A stretch of 64,000 bases of DNA from an uncultured delta proteobacterium (GTDB lineage: Bacteria; Myxococcota_A; Polyangia; Fen-1088): positions 2,624,001 through 2,688,000 of the forward strand of contig CAVYGB010000008.1 of the NCBI GenBank assembly GCA_963767925.1. Direction: 5' to 3'. The notes under the pieces were generated by a model. It made no database searches, had not been told where the DNA came from, and saw only the letters and a list, made by a program, of their open reading frames with translations. This document shows, one piece after another, positions 18,015 through 28,076 of the stretch; the stretch's first letter is position 1, and each line of letters opens with the position of its first letter. Position numbers and translations under genes: made by a program.

Positions 18015-18446
18015 ATGGCCATCGCCAAGCTGTCCCGCCCCGCGCTCCAGCTCGCTCCTGACCGCTCGGTCCGGGAGGCCATCGAACTGATGGCCGAGCA
18101 CGAGGTCGGGGCTATCACCGTGACCCAGCGGGGGTTGCCGATCGGCATCTTCACCGAGCGCGATCTGCTGCGCCGGGTGATGCTGGAGCGCCGGGACCCG
18201 AGCCAGACGCCGGTGTCCGAGGTGATGAGCGCGCCGGTGGATACGGTCCCGGCGAATCTGTCGTTCGAGGAGGCGGTGGCGATCATGCGTTCACGGCACC
18301 ACCGACATCTTATCGTGGTGGACGACGCCGGTGCCGTCCTCGGCATCGTGGCTCTTCGCTACGTTCTGTTCGGTCTGATGGACGAGGCGGCCCGCAAGGT
18401 CGACAGTCTGCAGGCCCATATCATGGCCGACGCTCCCGGCGGCTAG
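18015..18446 (+). CDS. CBS-domain pair protein
   Basis: Motifs SVREAIELM..GAI.V..GIFTERD and HRHLIVVD. Confidence 0.85.
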   Translation: MAIAKLSRPALQLAPDRSVREAIELMAEHEVGAITVTQRGLPIGIFTERDLLRRVMLERRDPSQTPVSEVMSAPVDTVPANLSFEEAVAIMRSRHHRHLIVVDDAGAVLGIVALRYVLFGLMDEAARKVDSLQAHIMADAPGG

Positions 18447-18781
18447 CCAGCGAGGGCAGTGAAGCCCGGTCCCGAGTCAAGCTGCTATGCCTCCGGCGGC
18501 TCCTGGCCTTGCGCGGGCTCGAGCGCTGCGGGAACGACGCCTCGTCGAAGGACTTGCGGATGCCGTCGATCCACCCCCAAGCACAGCGCCACGTCCAGCG
18601 CCGGCGGTGACGGTCACGGTGGCCACGCCCGCGTCTTTCTTGAAGACGCGCAACCAGACCTCCGTCTCGCGGTCGTGGTTCCTGGCGCGGAGTTCACGAA
18701 CGTGTGCGAACGTCCGGGCGTGGTCAGAGCGCGCCGGGGGCTCAGCGCGCGTAATCCGGCAACAGCGCTTCGTTCGGCGAC

Positions 18782-19129
18782 ATGGTGACGATCCAGGACG
18801 TGCGCCGGGTGGCGATGTCGTTGCCGAGGACCGAGGAGCATCTCGTCCGCGGACGGGTCAAGCTCCGGGTCGGCAAGATCGTCTACGTGGCGTTCTCGCG
18901 CGACGAGAAGACCATGGGCTTCGCCTTCCCCAAGGAGTGGCGCGCCGAGCTCGTGGAGGGCGAGCCGGACAAGTTCCACATGCCGGAGGCGGCGGACTTG
19001 CGATTCAACTGGGTCTGTGTGCGCCTGGACGCCATCGACCGGGTGGAGATGCACAAGCTCGTCACCCAGGCGTGGCGCATGGTCGTGCCCAGGAGCGTCG
19101 CCACCGCCCACCTCGACCCGTCCAGGTAA
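18782..19129 (+). CDS. MmcQ/YjbR family protein
   Basis: Motif VRRVAMSLP.TEE..RVG.IV..AWRMVVP. Confidence 0.8.
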   Translation: MVTIQDVRRVAMSLPRTEEHLVRGRVKLRVGKIVYVAFSRDEKTMGFAFPKEWRAELVEGEPDKFHMPEAADLRFNWVCVRLDAIDRVEMHKLVTQAWRMVVPRSVATAHLDPSR

Positions 19130-19150
19130 GCGCGCCGCCCTGGACTTGGC

Positions 19151-19768
19151 TCATCGGGAGACACGACGGCGACACCGGAAGGCGACCAGGGCGGCGACGA
19201 TGACGGTCAGGGCCGCATCCGGAGAGCCCGGGCGAGCGAAGGCGCAGCCGGCACTGCCGGCCGGGGCGGGTACGCCGGCGGCACCCGGGGGCACGGCGCC
19301 GGAAGGTGGAGCAGCGGAGGGCGTGCCGAACGGTGTGGGATCGCCGAGCAGGACGAAGCTGCGGCGCAGGTCGCGGTCGGTGACGGCACGCCTGGCGGCC
19401 TGAACGGCGGCGCCCAGAGAGGGGGTGGCCAGCGCGCGGACGAAAGCCTCGTTGGCGGTGCCCTGCTGGCGTCGCGCGTCCGGGGAGGCGCTGGAGGCCC
19501 ACACGGCAATGGCTCCGCCGCCCGGGGCAGACAGCAAAGCCTGGCCCAGGCTCTGCTACCTCGGGTCCTGGACGCGCGCGTCCTCGGCGCTGGCGGCGGG
19601 CAAACGGCCGATGGCGATCTCGGGGACGTCGCCGTCCAGGTCGCCGTACCAATCGTCCGATGCGGTCTCGATGGTGGTGGTCTCGCGCAGCGGCGTGGGG
19701 ATGAAGTCGTGCCCACCGAGGGCGAGGTGATCGCGCGGATCGAAGCTGGCCCCGCCGATCAGGAGGGC
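19151..19768 (-). pseudogene. Peptidase C25 (gingipain-like) remnant with a MYXO-CTERM-like tail
   Basis: LLIGGASFDPRD..TASDDWYGDLDGDVPEIAIGRLP, then after a deletion GGAIAVWAS..FVLLGDP, then GC-TM-RRR. Confidence 0.7.
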
Positions 19769-20510
19769 GTAACGCCCTCCCCGCCTTTCCGGACCCCTTC
19801 ACGAGTCCGCTCGACCACCACGTCCGGAACGATGCCGACGCCGTGGTGCCGCCCGCGGCCGTCGGGCGTCATGGTCTTCACGCCGGTGAACGAGAGGAGG
19901 TAACCGCCCGGGACGAAGAGAAGGAGTTCATGTTGCCGTTGGTAACGCCGTTGTGTCCCCCACGAGCATTCCGAGGCGGGCGTCCGCCACCATGGCCGAC
20001 ACAGTTTCGCCCGCACTGATCACGCGCCCGTCGATGAGGACACGAACCTCGCCTCCAGCCGAGGGCTCTTCGGCTCGAAGCTCCACTGGATGTGCTCAAA
20101 GGTCCACCTGGCGATCGGGGCGGGTCATGACCGGAATTAGAACAAGGGGGGCCCTGCTCTCGCGGCGGACCAGGTGGGCGAGCGAGCTCTCGGAGACAGT
20201 CGACCCGGAGATCAGGTGCTCGTGCCTGGCCGCGACGCCCGCCACCAGCTGACCGTCGATCTTCAGGACCCTCGTCGCCGGGATGGAGCGCCTCGGAGCC
20301 CGATCCCACCTTCGTCACGATGAGCCGGCCTGCAATCCAGATCCAGGTCACGGGAGGGCGGTCGGGGAACCCGACGCTGCCCGCACCAGTTGGCGTGGCC
20401 TCGGCATGGCCGTCCTGAAGACGGGCGAGCAGCCGCTCGAGGATGGGCCGCGGGTGCTGGGCGCCTTCCTGCATCGCCGCTGCCAGCCCCTCCTCGAGCG
20501 CGGCCGTCAT
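19769..20510 (-). pseudogene. S41 family peptidase remnant
   Basis: Fragments LLARLQDGHA, PDZ-like LHPGD, and GVTNGN..PGGY.LSFTG..HHGVGIVPDVVVERT lie in different frames. Confidence 0.65.
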
Positions 20511-20579
20511 TGAACCCCAGATCGACGCACTCCGTAAAGCCGGGCGAATGCCGTCAGGTGTGAACGCGAGATGAACCCG

Positions 20580-20713
20580 AATTCATCGCCCAGGCCGACA
20601 ATCTCGTGTTCATCGGCCCCCCCGGCGTCGGCAAGACCGGGCTCGCCTCGGGCCTGCTCCTGCGCGCCATCGAGAGCGGCTACCGCGGCCGCTTCCTGCG
20701 CGCCCAGGATCTC
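20580..20713 (+). mobile_element. IS21-family IstB helper ATPase fragment
   Basis: FIAQADNLVFIGPPGVGKTGLASGLLLRAIESGYRGRFLRAQDL. Confidence 0.8.
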
Positions 20714-20718
20714 GATTC

Positions 20719-21080
20719 GTGCAGCGTCGGCAAACGAGCCCAGCTTCGGTCTGTGAGGGTGTTGATATTTTGAACGAGACGGGCACCTTGCTTCGCCTCA
20801 ACATCACTTACAACCCGGAGGTTGGGTCCAAGACATTCAACGTGATCGCGCCCGGTGCTGGGCCGATTTGCCGTCTGGATGTGGACGGTCCCGCTCACCG
20901 ACCCGCGGGTCGAAGCCACAAGCATTCACTTCAGAGCGACCGCTGTCCCGAGCGAAATCTGCGCGATGGCGTAGTTGATCGGGCGGATCTTTCCGGAAAG
21001 TCGCTTCGCGATCTCTTCATGATCTTCTGTCAATGGCCAAGATAACGCACACGGGAAGACTCCACGACCCGTCTGAGTGA
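20719..21080 (+). pseudogene. Hypothetical gene remnant (DUF6978-like)
   Basis: PICRLDVDG..H...GRSHKH motif; lower GC; 5' end lost; frameshift near 21037. Confidence 0.4.
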
Positions 21081-21082
21081 GC

Positions 21083-21210
21083 ATGCGTGCACTCGAGGAA
21101 ATACGTCGGATCGCGACTTCGCAATGCATGATCCGTGCGATCGACACTGTTCCTCGCGGGCACCTCCGCCTTGAGACGAAGTTCTTGTTATCCGGACGGC
21201 TCATCCGTCC
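21083..21210 (+). pseudogene. DUF1828-like N-terminal fragment
   Basis: HLRLETKF-(frameshift)-YPDGSS motif, truncated by the integrase fragment. Confidence 0.4.
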
Positions 21211-21224
21211 GAGCTGCGACCCCT

Positions 21225-21816
21225 GCGTCGGTCCGGTCCAACCCCCGACGTCCTCTGGGAGGAAGCGGTGCTGCTCGTGCGTCGGTCGGAAACCCGTGGG
21301 GAGGTGATGGAACGTGCGAAGACCGGGCAGCTCCTGCGAATCCCGCTACCCGCCGAGTTGATGGACATCTTGCGATGGCACGTGGGGAACCTCCCGGAGG
21401 GTCCCATGAGAGAGTCGCCTCTCCTCTTCCCTTCCCGATCGGGCGGGTACCGTGCTCCGCCGTGCCTGGACAGGCCAATCCGGGACGTCGCCCAGAAATC
21501 CAAGATCGGAAAGACGCTCTCGCCGCGGATGATGCGGCGGACGTTCCAGAGCCTTGGCAGGGCGGCAGAGGTCCATGACTTCGGGGTGCGGGCCATCTCC
21601 GGCCACGCCACCGCGACCATGCACCACCGTTACAGCAGCGTGAGCGATGCGGAGAAGCGCAGTGGACTGGCCAAGGTGACGGCACTGGCCGGGATCACCG
21701 CCAAAGTGGTGATCCCGGTGGTGATCGAAGGCGACCCTGCCAGATCGACCGTGACCCCAGAAATGAAAAAAGCCCGGGGTTTCCGGGCCTTCTGTGGAGC
21801 GGGAGAAGGGATTTGA
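21225..21816 (+). mobile_element. Tyrosine recombinase/integrase C-terminal remnant next to tRNA-Gly
   Basis: W...VLLVRRS..KTG..RIPLP..LLFPS..RMMRRTF..ISGH.T..M..RYS; N-terminal part with the first catalytic Arg is missing. Confidence 0.8.
21765..21793 (-). terminator. Intrinsic terminator downstream of tRNA-Gly
   Basis: Minus strand GCCCGG-aaacc-CCGGGC followed by TTTTTT. Confidence 0.7.
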
Positions 21817-21869
21817 ACCCTCGACGTCCACCTTGGCAAGGTGGCACTCTACCACTGAGTTACTCCCGC
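21795..21869 (-). tRNA. tRNA-Gly (GCC)
   Basis: 75-nt cloverleaf GCGGGAG..CCACC-TTGCCAA-GGTGG..GGTTCAAATCC..CTCCCGC-TCCA. Confidence 0.97.
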
Positions 21870-22111
21870 AAAGAGGGCTCGTAAGGTACGAGATCCTTGG
21901 GCTTTCCGCAAGGGGATCCTGCGCGGGTTTCAGGGGGGCGCTTCTTTTTTCTCCGGGCCGCTTCCCTCTCGGATCGGCCAGCCAGCATCTCCTCCCGATC
22001 CTTCCCTGCTGCACCCCCGGTCCTCTCGATCGCCCGCGGCCGAACGGGGCGCGCCGTCAGAAAATGTGACGATGCCGTCCGGGGGGCCAGGGGGGTCTTA
22101 GGTTCAGCGGC

Positions 22112-23236
22112 ATGGTGAAGACCTCATCAGCCTGCCTTCTGGTGTCCGTGGTCCTCCTTGCCGGATGTGACGAGGCCGGGCCGCCGGCGCGGACATTCGT
22201 GCCGGCTTTGACGGCGCGGGGGGTGTCGTCGTTCGGGATCGGGGCGGGGGGGATGGAGATGGGGCTGGGGGCAGAGTCGCAGTTCTGGACGGTGGCGCAG
22301 GCGCTGGTGCGCCATCCGGGGGGCAGGTTCGCCTATGCGACGACGCTCGAGCCGGATTGGGCGCTGTGGGGGGTGGCGCTGGATCGGGGGACGGGGGCGC
22401 TCGCGACGTTGCCGGGGTCGCCCTTCCCCACGCTGTCCGGATCGCTCGAGCCCTTCATCGAGCCCGGGGGGCGGTTCCTTTACGTGCCCCACCAGGGCCA
22501 GCTCCCCCAGGTCTGCGTGCTCGCCTTCTCGATCGACGCGGAGACCGGGGCGCTCACCCCGGTTCCCGGCTCGGGGTCCGTCATCGAAGGGAGCAACTGC
22601 TGGTCGGCGGTGTCCGACCGGGATGGCCGCTTCCTCTACGTTGTCGACAACACCTTCAACGCGGCCGGCACCGCCCCGAACTTTCGCGTGTTCGGGATCG
22701 ACGCCGGCTCGGGGGTGCTCACCGCCCTGCCCGGCTGGCCGCGGCCGATGGCGCCCGCTCCGAACCATGGCCTCGCGCACGTGAACATCCATCCGGGCGG
22801 GCGGTTCCTCTACACCATCTCGGACAGCGACGCGTCGGATGCACCGAACCTCCTCTCGGTCCTGGTGCCCGACCCCGCCACGGGGGAGGTGACCGCTTCG
22901 CCGGAGCCGCCCCTCGACGTCGGCGAGGCGCGCCGGCTGGTCTTTCACCCGGGGGGACGGCTCGTCCTCGCCCTGACCGAGCGCCGTCTCCGGGTCTACC
23001 AGGTCAATCCAGACTCGGGGGTCCTGCGCCCTACCAGCCACAGGTTCGAGCACGGCCCGGTGCCGGGCTCCCCGCTCCTGCCCCGTCTCATCGCTTCGGT
23101 CGGCATCGATCCGACGGGGGACTTCGTCATCGTGGGCGACGGCATCGACGACGCCGTCGCCGTGCTCGCCATCGACGCCACCTCCGGCGCCCTGCAGCCG
23201 GTGCCCGGCTCCCCCTTTGCCCGCCCCTCCCGCTGA
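22112..23236 (+). CDS. Lactonase-family beta-propeller lipoprotein
   Basis: Lipobox LLAGC; repeats P.GRFLY and ID..TGAL.PVPGSPF. Confidence 0.8.
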   Translation: MVKTSSACLLVSVVLLAGCDEAGPPARTFVPALTARGVSSFGIGAGGMEMGLGAESQFWTVAQALVRHPGGRFAYATTLEPDWALWGVALDRGTGALATLPGSPFPTLSGSLEPFIEPGGRFLYVPHQGQLPQVCVLAFSIDAETGALTPVPGSGSVIEGSNCWSAVSDRDGRFLYVVDNTFNAAGTAPNFRVFGIDAGSGVLTALPGWPRPMAPAPNHGLAHVNIHPGGRFLYTISDSDASDAPNLLSVLVPDPATGEVTASPEPPLDVGEARRLVFHPGGRLVLALTERRLRVYQVNPDSGVLRPTSHRFEHGPVPGSPLLPRLIASVGIDPTGDFVIVGDGIDDAVAVLAIDATSGALQPVPGSPFARPSR

Positions 23237-23254
23237 GCCGGCCCCTCGCCTGCG

Positions 23255-23287
23255 CGATCGGCCGCTCCGCGGGGCGGCGGCCGATCG
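23255..23287. terminator. Hairpin between convergent genes
   Basis: CGATCGGCCGC..GCGGCCGATCG, 11-bp stem. Confidence 0.5.
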
Positions 23288-23307
23288 GGTGCGAACGCGC
23301 GCCTCGG

Positions 23308-24795
23308 TCAGCGCCGGCGACGGCGGATGAGGCCGCCGGCCAGGGCGAACGTCACCAACGCCACCAGGGCCAGCCCGCCGGTCGGTCGCGGCGAGAGCGT
23401 GCAGCCGCCCCCGTCCGGGTCGCCGGGTGGCGACGCTCCGGCCGCGCCACCGGTGCCACCGGTCCCACCGCCGCCGTCAGCCCCGCCCGAGCCGCCGGCC
23501 CCGCCGGCCCCGCCCGCGCCGCCAGCTCCGCCCGAGCCGCCGGCCCCACCGGTCCCCGGGGTAGAGGCGCTGCAGCTCGCCGGCACGTTCTTCGGGGTCA
23601 CCTTCGCCACCACGCCGTCGGCGTTGGACACGATGTAAAGCGCCCCGCCCGGGCCCATCCGGAACGACGTCGGCCCGCTGAAGGTCCCGAAGTCCTTGCG
23701 CGAGTTGGCGACCACCCCCGTCCGCTGGGTGTTCACGTCCAGGCTCCACAGCCGCCCGGAGTCGTAGTCGCCGAAGATGTAGCGCTGCTCGAAGGGGCCC
23801 CAGCCGCACCCCGCGGGAGGCATCAACCCGCCGGTCACGGAGACGCCGTCGTCGCGGCCGTAGCTGTGGACCGGAGCCGTGCATTCGGTGGAGGGGGTCA
23901 TGGCGTTGCAGCCGGCGAGGCCGCCGACGGCCCCCCACGTCATCGACCCCTCGACGAAGGGGTACCCGTGGTGGGTGCCCTTGCCGCCGACGGTGATCTC
24001 CTCCTGGGTCCGCTCGCCGACGTCGCCGATCCACATCAGATCGGTCCGGGGGTCGATCCAGAACCGCCAGGCGTTGCGGAAGCCCCAGGCCCAGATCCGC
24101 TTGTCGGGTGGGGCCATCTCGTAGGGCGTATTCAAGGTGGCAGTGCAGCTCGTTGCGCTGGCCACGTCGCTCAGCGGGTTGTCGCTGGGGATCGACCCGT
24201 CGAGGTTCACGCGCAGGATCTTGCCGTTGGGCTTGTTGAGGCAGCTCCCGTATCTGTTCTGGGGCGGGCTGCGGTTGGACCCCGTGTCACCGGTCGACAC
24301 GTAGAGCTTGCCCTCGTGGATCACCAGGCCGCCGCCGTCGTGGTTGGCCGGCCCCTCCAGGCCTTGATCGACGATCGGGTTCGCCAGATCGACGGTGACG
24401 GCGCCGCTGGCGGCGATGGTCCCCTTGAACACCTTGTGCTTGTTCACGGTCTCGTTGCCGGCCGAGGCGTAAAAATAGAGGTTGTTCTGATCGTCGCGCA
24501 CGACGCCGAGGAGCCCCTTTTCGCCGTTGCTGAGGTCGACCTGCACCATGGCCGCCACCGGCATCTGGACGGTGCCGTCGGCGTTGATGGTCACGACCTG
24601 GCCGGTCCGGCGGGTCACCACCGCCCGCCCATCGGTCAGGAAGGTGATGTCGGTGGCGTCGGCGACGCCGGTCAGCCAGTCGGGATCCAGGGTCAACGTG
24701 TCGGCCGGTTCGCCCGACTGAAGCTGGGCGTTGGCGACGCAGCTGCAGGCCGTGGTCAGAACCAGCGCCAGGGCGGTGCTCAGAGCGGTCTTCAT
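23308..24795 (-). CDS. PQQ-dependent sugar dehydrogenase (GSDH family) with Gly-rich linker and MYXO-CTERM-like anchor
   Basis: Motifs GEKGLLG, NHDGGGL, GKILRVN.DGSIP.DNP, GFRNAWRF and GDVG; ends GGGC..TM..RRRRR; SD GGAGG. Confidence 0.85.
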   Translation of the reverse strand: MKTALSTALALVLTTACSCVANAQLQSGEPADTLTLDPDWLTGVADATDITFLTDGRAVVTRRTGQVVTINADGTVQMPVAAMVQVDLSNGEKGLLGVVRDDQNNLYFYASAGNETVNKHKVFKGTIAASGAVTVDLANPIVDQGLEGPANHDGGGLVIHEGKLYVSTGDTGSNRSPPQNRYGSCLNKPNGKILRVNLDGSIPSDNPLSDVASATSCTATLNTPYEMAPPDKRIWAWGFRNAWRFWIDPRTDLMWIGDVGERTQEEITVGGKGTHHGYPFVEGSMTWGAVGGLAGCNAMTPSTECTAPVHSYGRDDGVSVTGGLMPPAGCGWGPFEQRYIFGDYDSGRLWSLDVNTQRTGVVANSRKDFGTFSGPTSFRMGPGGALYIVSNADGVVAKVTPKNVPASCSASTPGTGGAGGSGGAGGAGGAGGAGGSGGADGGGGTGGTGGAAGASPPGDPDGGGCTLSPRPTGGLALVALVTFALAGGLIRRRRR

Positions 24796-25066
24796 GTCTT
24801 TCCTCCAGAAGTCGGGGGGGCTCGCGGCGTCAGGCCGGCGCCCACGCCCACTACCACGCTGCTTCCGATCCCGGGTAGGCGCCCGTCGTGGACGGTATGC
24901 ATTCGTGGGCTCGCGAGAGTTTCTCCAATAATATCGGGGGCCTGCACCCCCGGCAAGTCGCCCCCGCCGCTCCATCGCGACGCAGCAATCCCCCATCCGC
25001 CCGCCGCCGTTCGACAGGCGGGGGAAAATCGCGGAGATTCTTCCCGGAACGAGGCCCAGCCGACCC

Positions 25067-26030
25067 GTGAGCACCGTAGACACCCGATCCCGACGCCTGC
25101 GCGTCCTCGGCGCCCCGCCGCCCGCCGAGCCTGTTGCCCCGGGGCCCCGGCACCCCCCCTGGATCCGCATGAAGATGCCCGGCGGCAAGGTCTACACAGA
25201 CCTGCGCGTCCCGGGTCCGCGAGCTCGGCTTGCACACCGTGTGCGAGAGCGCCTCCTGCCCCAACATCGGGGAGTGCTGGAACCGCCGCTCGCTGACCAT
25301 CATGATCCTCGGCGGCATCTGCACCCGTTCGTGTCGCTTCTGTGACGTCCCCACCGGCCGCCCGCTGCCGGCCGACCCCGAGGAGCCCGAGCGGGTGGCG
25401 ACCATGCTCGCCGAGCTCGACCTGCGCCACACTGTCATCACCTGTGTGGATCGCGACGACCTGCGCGACGGCGGCGCCGCCCACTGGGCCGCCACCATCC
25501 GGGCGGTGAAGCGCCGCTCGCCCGAGCTGGTGCTCGAGATCCTCGCCGGCGACTTCAAGGGCGACACCGGCGCCGTCGACACCGTCTTGCAAGCAGGGCC
25601 CGACGTGTTCGCCCACAACCTCGAGACGGTGCCGCGCCTGTCGCGCCAGGTCCGGGTCCAGGCCAGCTATGCGCGCAGCTACGCGGTTCTCCGACACGCC
25701 AAGCAGCAGCGGCGCCATCACGAAGACCGGCCTGATGCTCGGGCTCGGCGAGACCCACGACGAGGTGTTGCAGGTGCTGCACGAAACCCGGGAGATCGGT
25801 GTCGACATCTTGACACTGGGGCAATACCTGCGGCCTTCGCGCTCGCACCTGGCGGTGGCCCGCTACGTGCCCCCCGAGGAGTTCACCGCCCTGGGGGACG
25901 AGGCCCGCGCGCTCGGGTTTCCCCATGTGGAATCGGGCCCGATGGTGCGCTCGAGCTACCATGCGGACGGCCAGCGAGATATCGTTCGGGAGCTGCGGGC
26001 GAGCCGCCGGAGGGCCACCCGCCGAATAAT
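25067..26030 (+). CDS. lipA: Lipoyl synthase (frameshifted near 25215, near 25705 and near the 3' end; probably sequence errors)
   Basis: Motifs [36 protein letters not shown] and SGPMVRSSY. Confidence 0.9.
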
Positions 26031-26076
26031 TGTTGATTCGCGGCCGTCTCAGAGAGGCCACGAAAGGAGAGGCGCC

Positions 26077-26774
26077 ATGACCAGGACTTCATTGCTCAAG
26101 CTCGGCTGCGCGATCCCAATGTTCGCGCTCGTCGCCAGCTCCTGCGCGACCAAGACCCAGACCGGCGCCGGCGCGGGCGCCGGCGGCGGGGCGCTGCTGG
26201 GCGCCGGCATTGGCGCCCTGGTGGGCGGAAAGAAGGGCGCCCTGGTGGGCGCCGGCGTCGGCGCGGCGGCAGGGGCCACCACCGGCGCGCTCATCGGCCG
26301 CTACATGGACAAGCAGGAGAAGGCCCTCAAGGAGGTCAAGGGCGCCAAGGTCGAACGCGAGGGGAACAAGCTGGTCGTCAAGTTCAACTCGGCCATCCTC
26401 TTCGACACCGCCAAGTCCGACCTCAAGGGCCCGGCCAAGAACGACCTCACCGAGTTCGCCAACGTCCTCAAGGAGTACAAGGACACCGACCTCGTCATCG
26501 AGGGCCACACCGACAGCACCGGGAAGAAGGACTTCAACAAGCGCCTCTCGGTCGGCCGGGCCGACGCGGTCATCGGCTACCTCGAAGGCCAGGGCGTCGA
26601 GCGCGTCGCGCATGACCGGCCGGGGCTACGCCGACGAGATGCCGGTCGCCGACAACGCGCTCCGAGGCGGGACGCAGCCAGAACCGCCGGGTGCAGATCC
26701 ACATCGCGGCCAACGAGAAGCTGCAGCAGGAAGACGCCGCCGCGGCCCAGGCCAGTAACCAGCCCCAGCCGTGA
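26077..26774 (+). CDS. OmpA-family lipoprotein with Gly zipper (YiaD-like; frameshifted)
   Basis: Lipobox VASSC; Gly zipper; ILFD..IEGHTDS..RA.AV..NRRV. Confidence 0.85.
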
Positions 26775-26844
26775 GACGCTCGTCAGAGGCTCGCTCAGGG
26801 CGCGCGCGAGCGCGTCGTCGAAACGCCGCCTCTCCGATCCGAGG

Positions 26845-28063
26845 TCACTCTCGGTCGAGGAAGGCGGCGTAACCCATCAGGGCGGTCAGATAGGACAGGT
26901 CGTTGGCCCAGGTGGCCACGTAGCGGGGCTCGATGGCCAGCCCCTCGCGCAGCAGGCGGTCGAACAGGGGCACGTCCTCGACCGCCAGCTTGCCCGCGAA
27001 GAGCGCGCCGGGCCAGGCCGACTCTGCCCCTGCGTGAGGGCGATGCGCAGGAAGTTCGTCACCCGCAGCAGGCCGTCGAGGTAACAGACGTCCTTGGTGA
27101 AGGGCGCCCCTCCCTCGAGCACGCCCGCCCCGGAACACCCGGCGGGCGCCGTCGAAGGCGGCCGCCTCGTCGTAGCCCCGCCCGAGGAAGAACCGGTACA
27201 CCTCGAGGAAGTCGGCCCCCTGCTCGGCCCGCTCGATCGCCAGCACCCGGTCCGAGATGCGCCGCACACGCGGCAGGCTGGTGGAGCCGGTCAGGAACTC
27301 GGTGAGCACCGCCAGGCCCTCCTGGGTGCTGGTCGTGCGCGGGGTGGGGACGCCCAGGAACACGAGCACCGGCTGGGCCCGCCCGTTGAGGGCGGTGGCC
27401 ACGTGGACCTGCCCCTCGTGAAAGGCGATCTGGCTCAGGTCCCGCTGCGAGAAGCGGGCCTCGCGCTTGAGCCTGATCTCGTCGGCGCTGGCGCTGGCCA
27501 GGGCGGCGAGCCCGTCGGCCACCACGATGCGGATCTCCCGCCCGGGGAAGAAGGCGTCGAAGCGGGCCTTCAGCAGCGGCACCGCCTCCTCGGCCGTCAT
27601 GCTGGGGCGGTCGGCCTCGTCGGGCGGCGGGGTGAAGCCGGCCACCACCTGATCGAAGTGGCGGGCCAGGCCCAGGTTGGTCGTGTGCCGGTCGGAGGCG
27701 AGGCTGGCCGGGCGGCCGTACAGCTCGACCGAGTGGAAGTAAAAGTCCTTGCTGCCGACCGCCAGCAACATGCGGGCGGCGGTGGCCAGACTGCCGGCGG
27801 TGTCGCGCAGGAACCGCTCGACCTCGTTGTCCCCCGTGATCCGGCGTCTGCAGATCCTCGCAGCCGCTCGAGGGCCGTCGGCGACCTCGGGGGACAGGCG
27901 GTAGGTGGGCCGGGGCAGCTCGCTGGGCGCCCGCGGCGAAGAAGCCCTCCTCGACCTCGGCCGTCCAGGCCAGCGAGCGCAGCACCCGCAAGGGGCGCTG
28001 GGCGTCGAGGATCTCGGCGGAGGTCTCGCGGAGCAGGGTCTCGAGCCGAGGTGACAGCGCCAA
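26845..28063 (-). CDS. DUF1704/QEGLA-motif metallocarboxypeptidase (MATCAP-like; frameshifted)
   Basis: Motifs HEGQVH, TQEGLA, RVFRG and [13 protein letters not shown] start with AGGAG SD. Confidence 0.85.
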
Positions 28064-28076
28064 GCGGTGCTCCTGC

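Noticed and set aside
25669..27084. Apparent LipA C-terminus-OmpA fusion ORF
   Set aside because: OmpA has its own SD, ATG and lipoprotein signal at 26077; the read-through is best explained by indel errors
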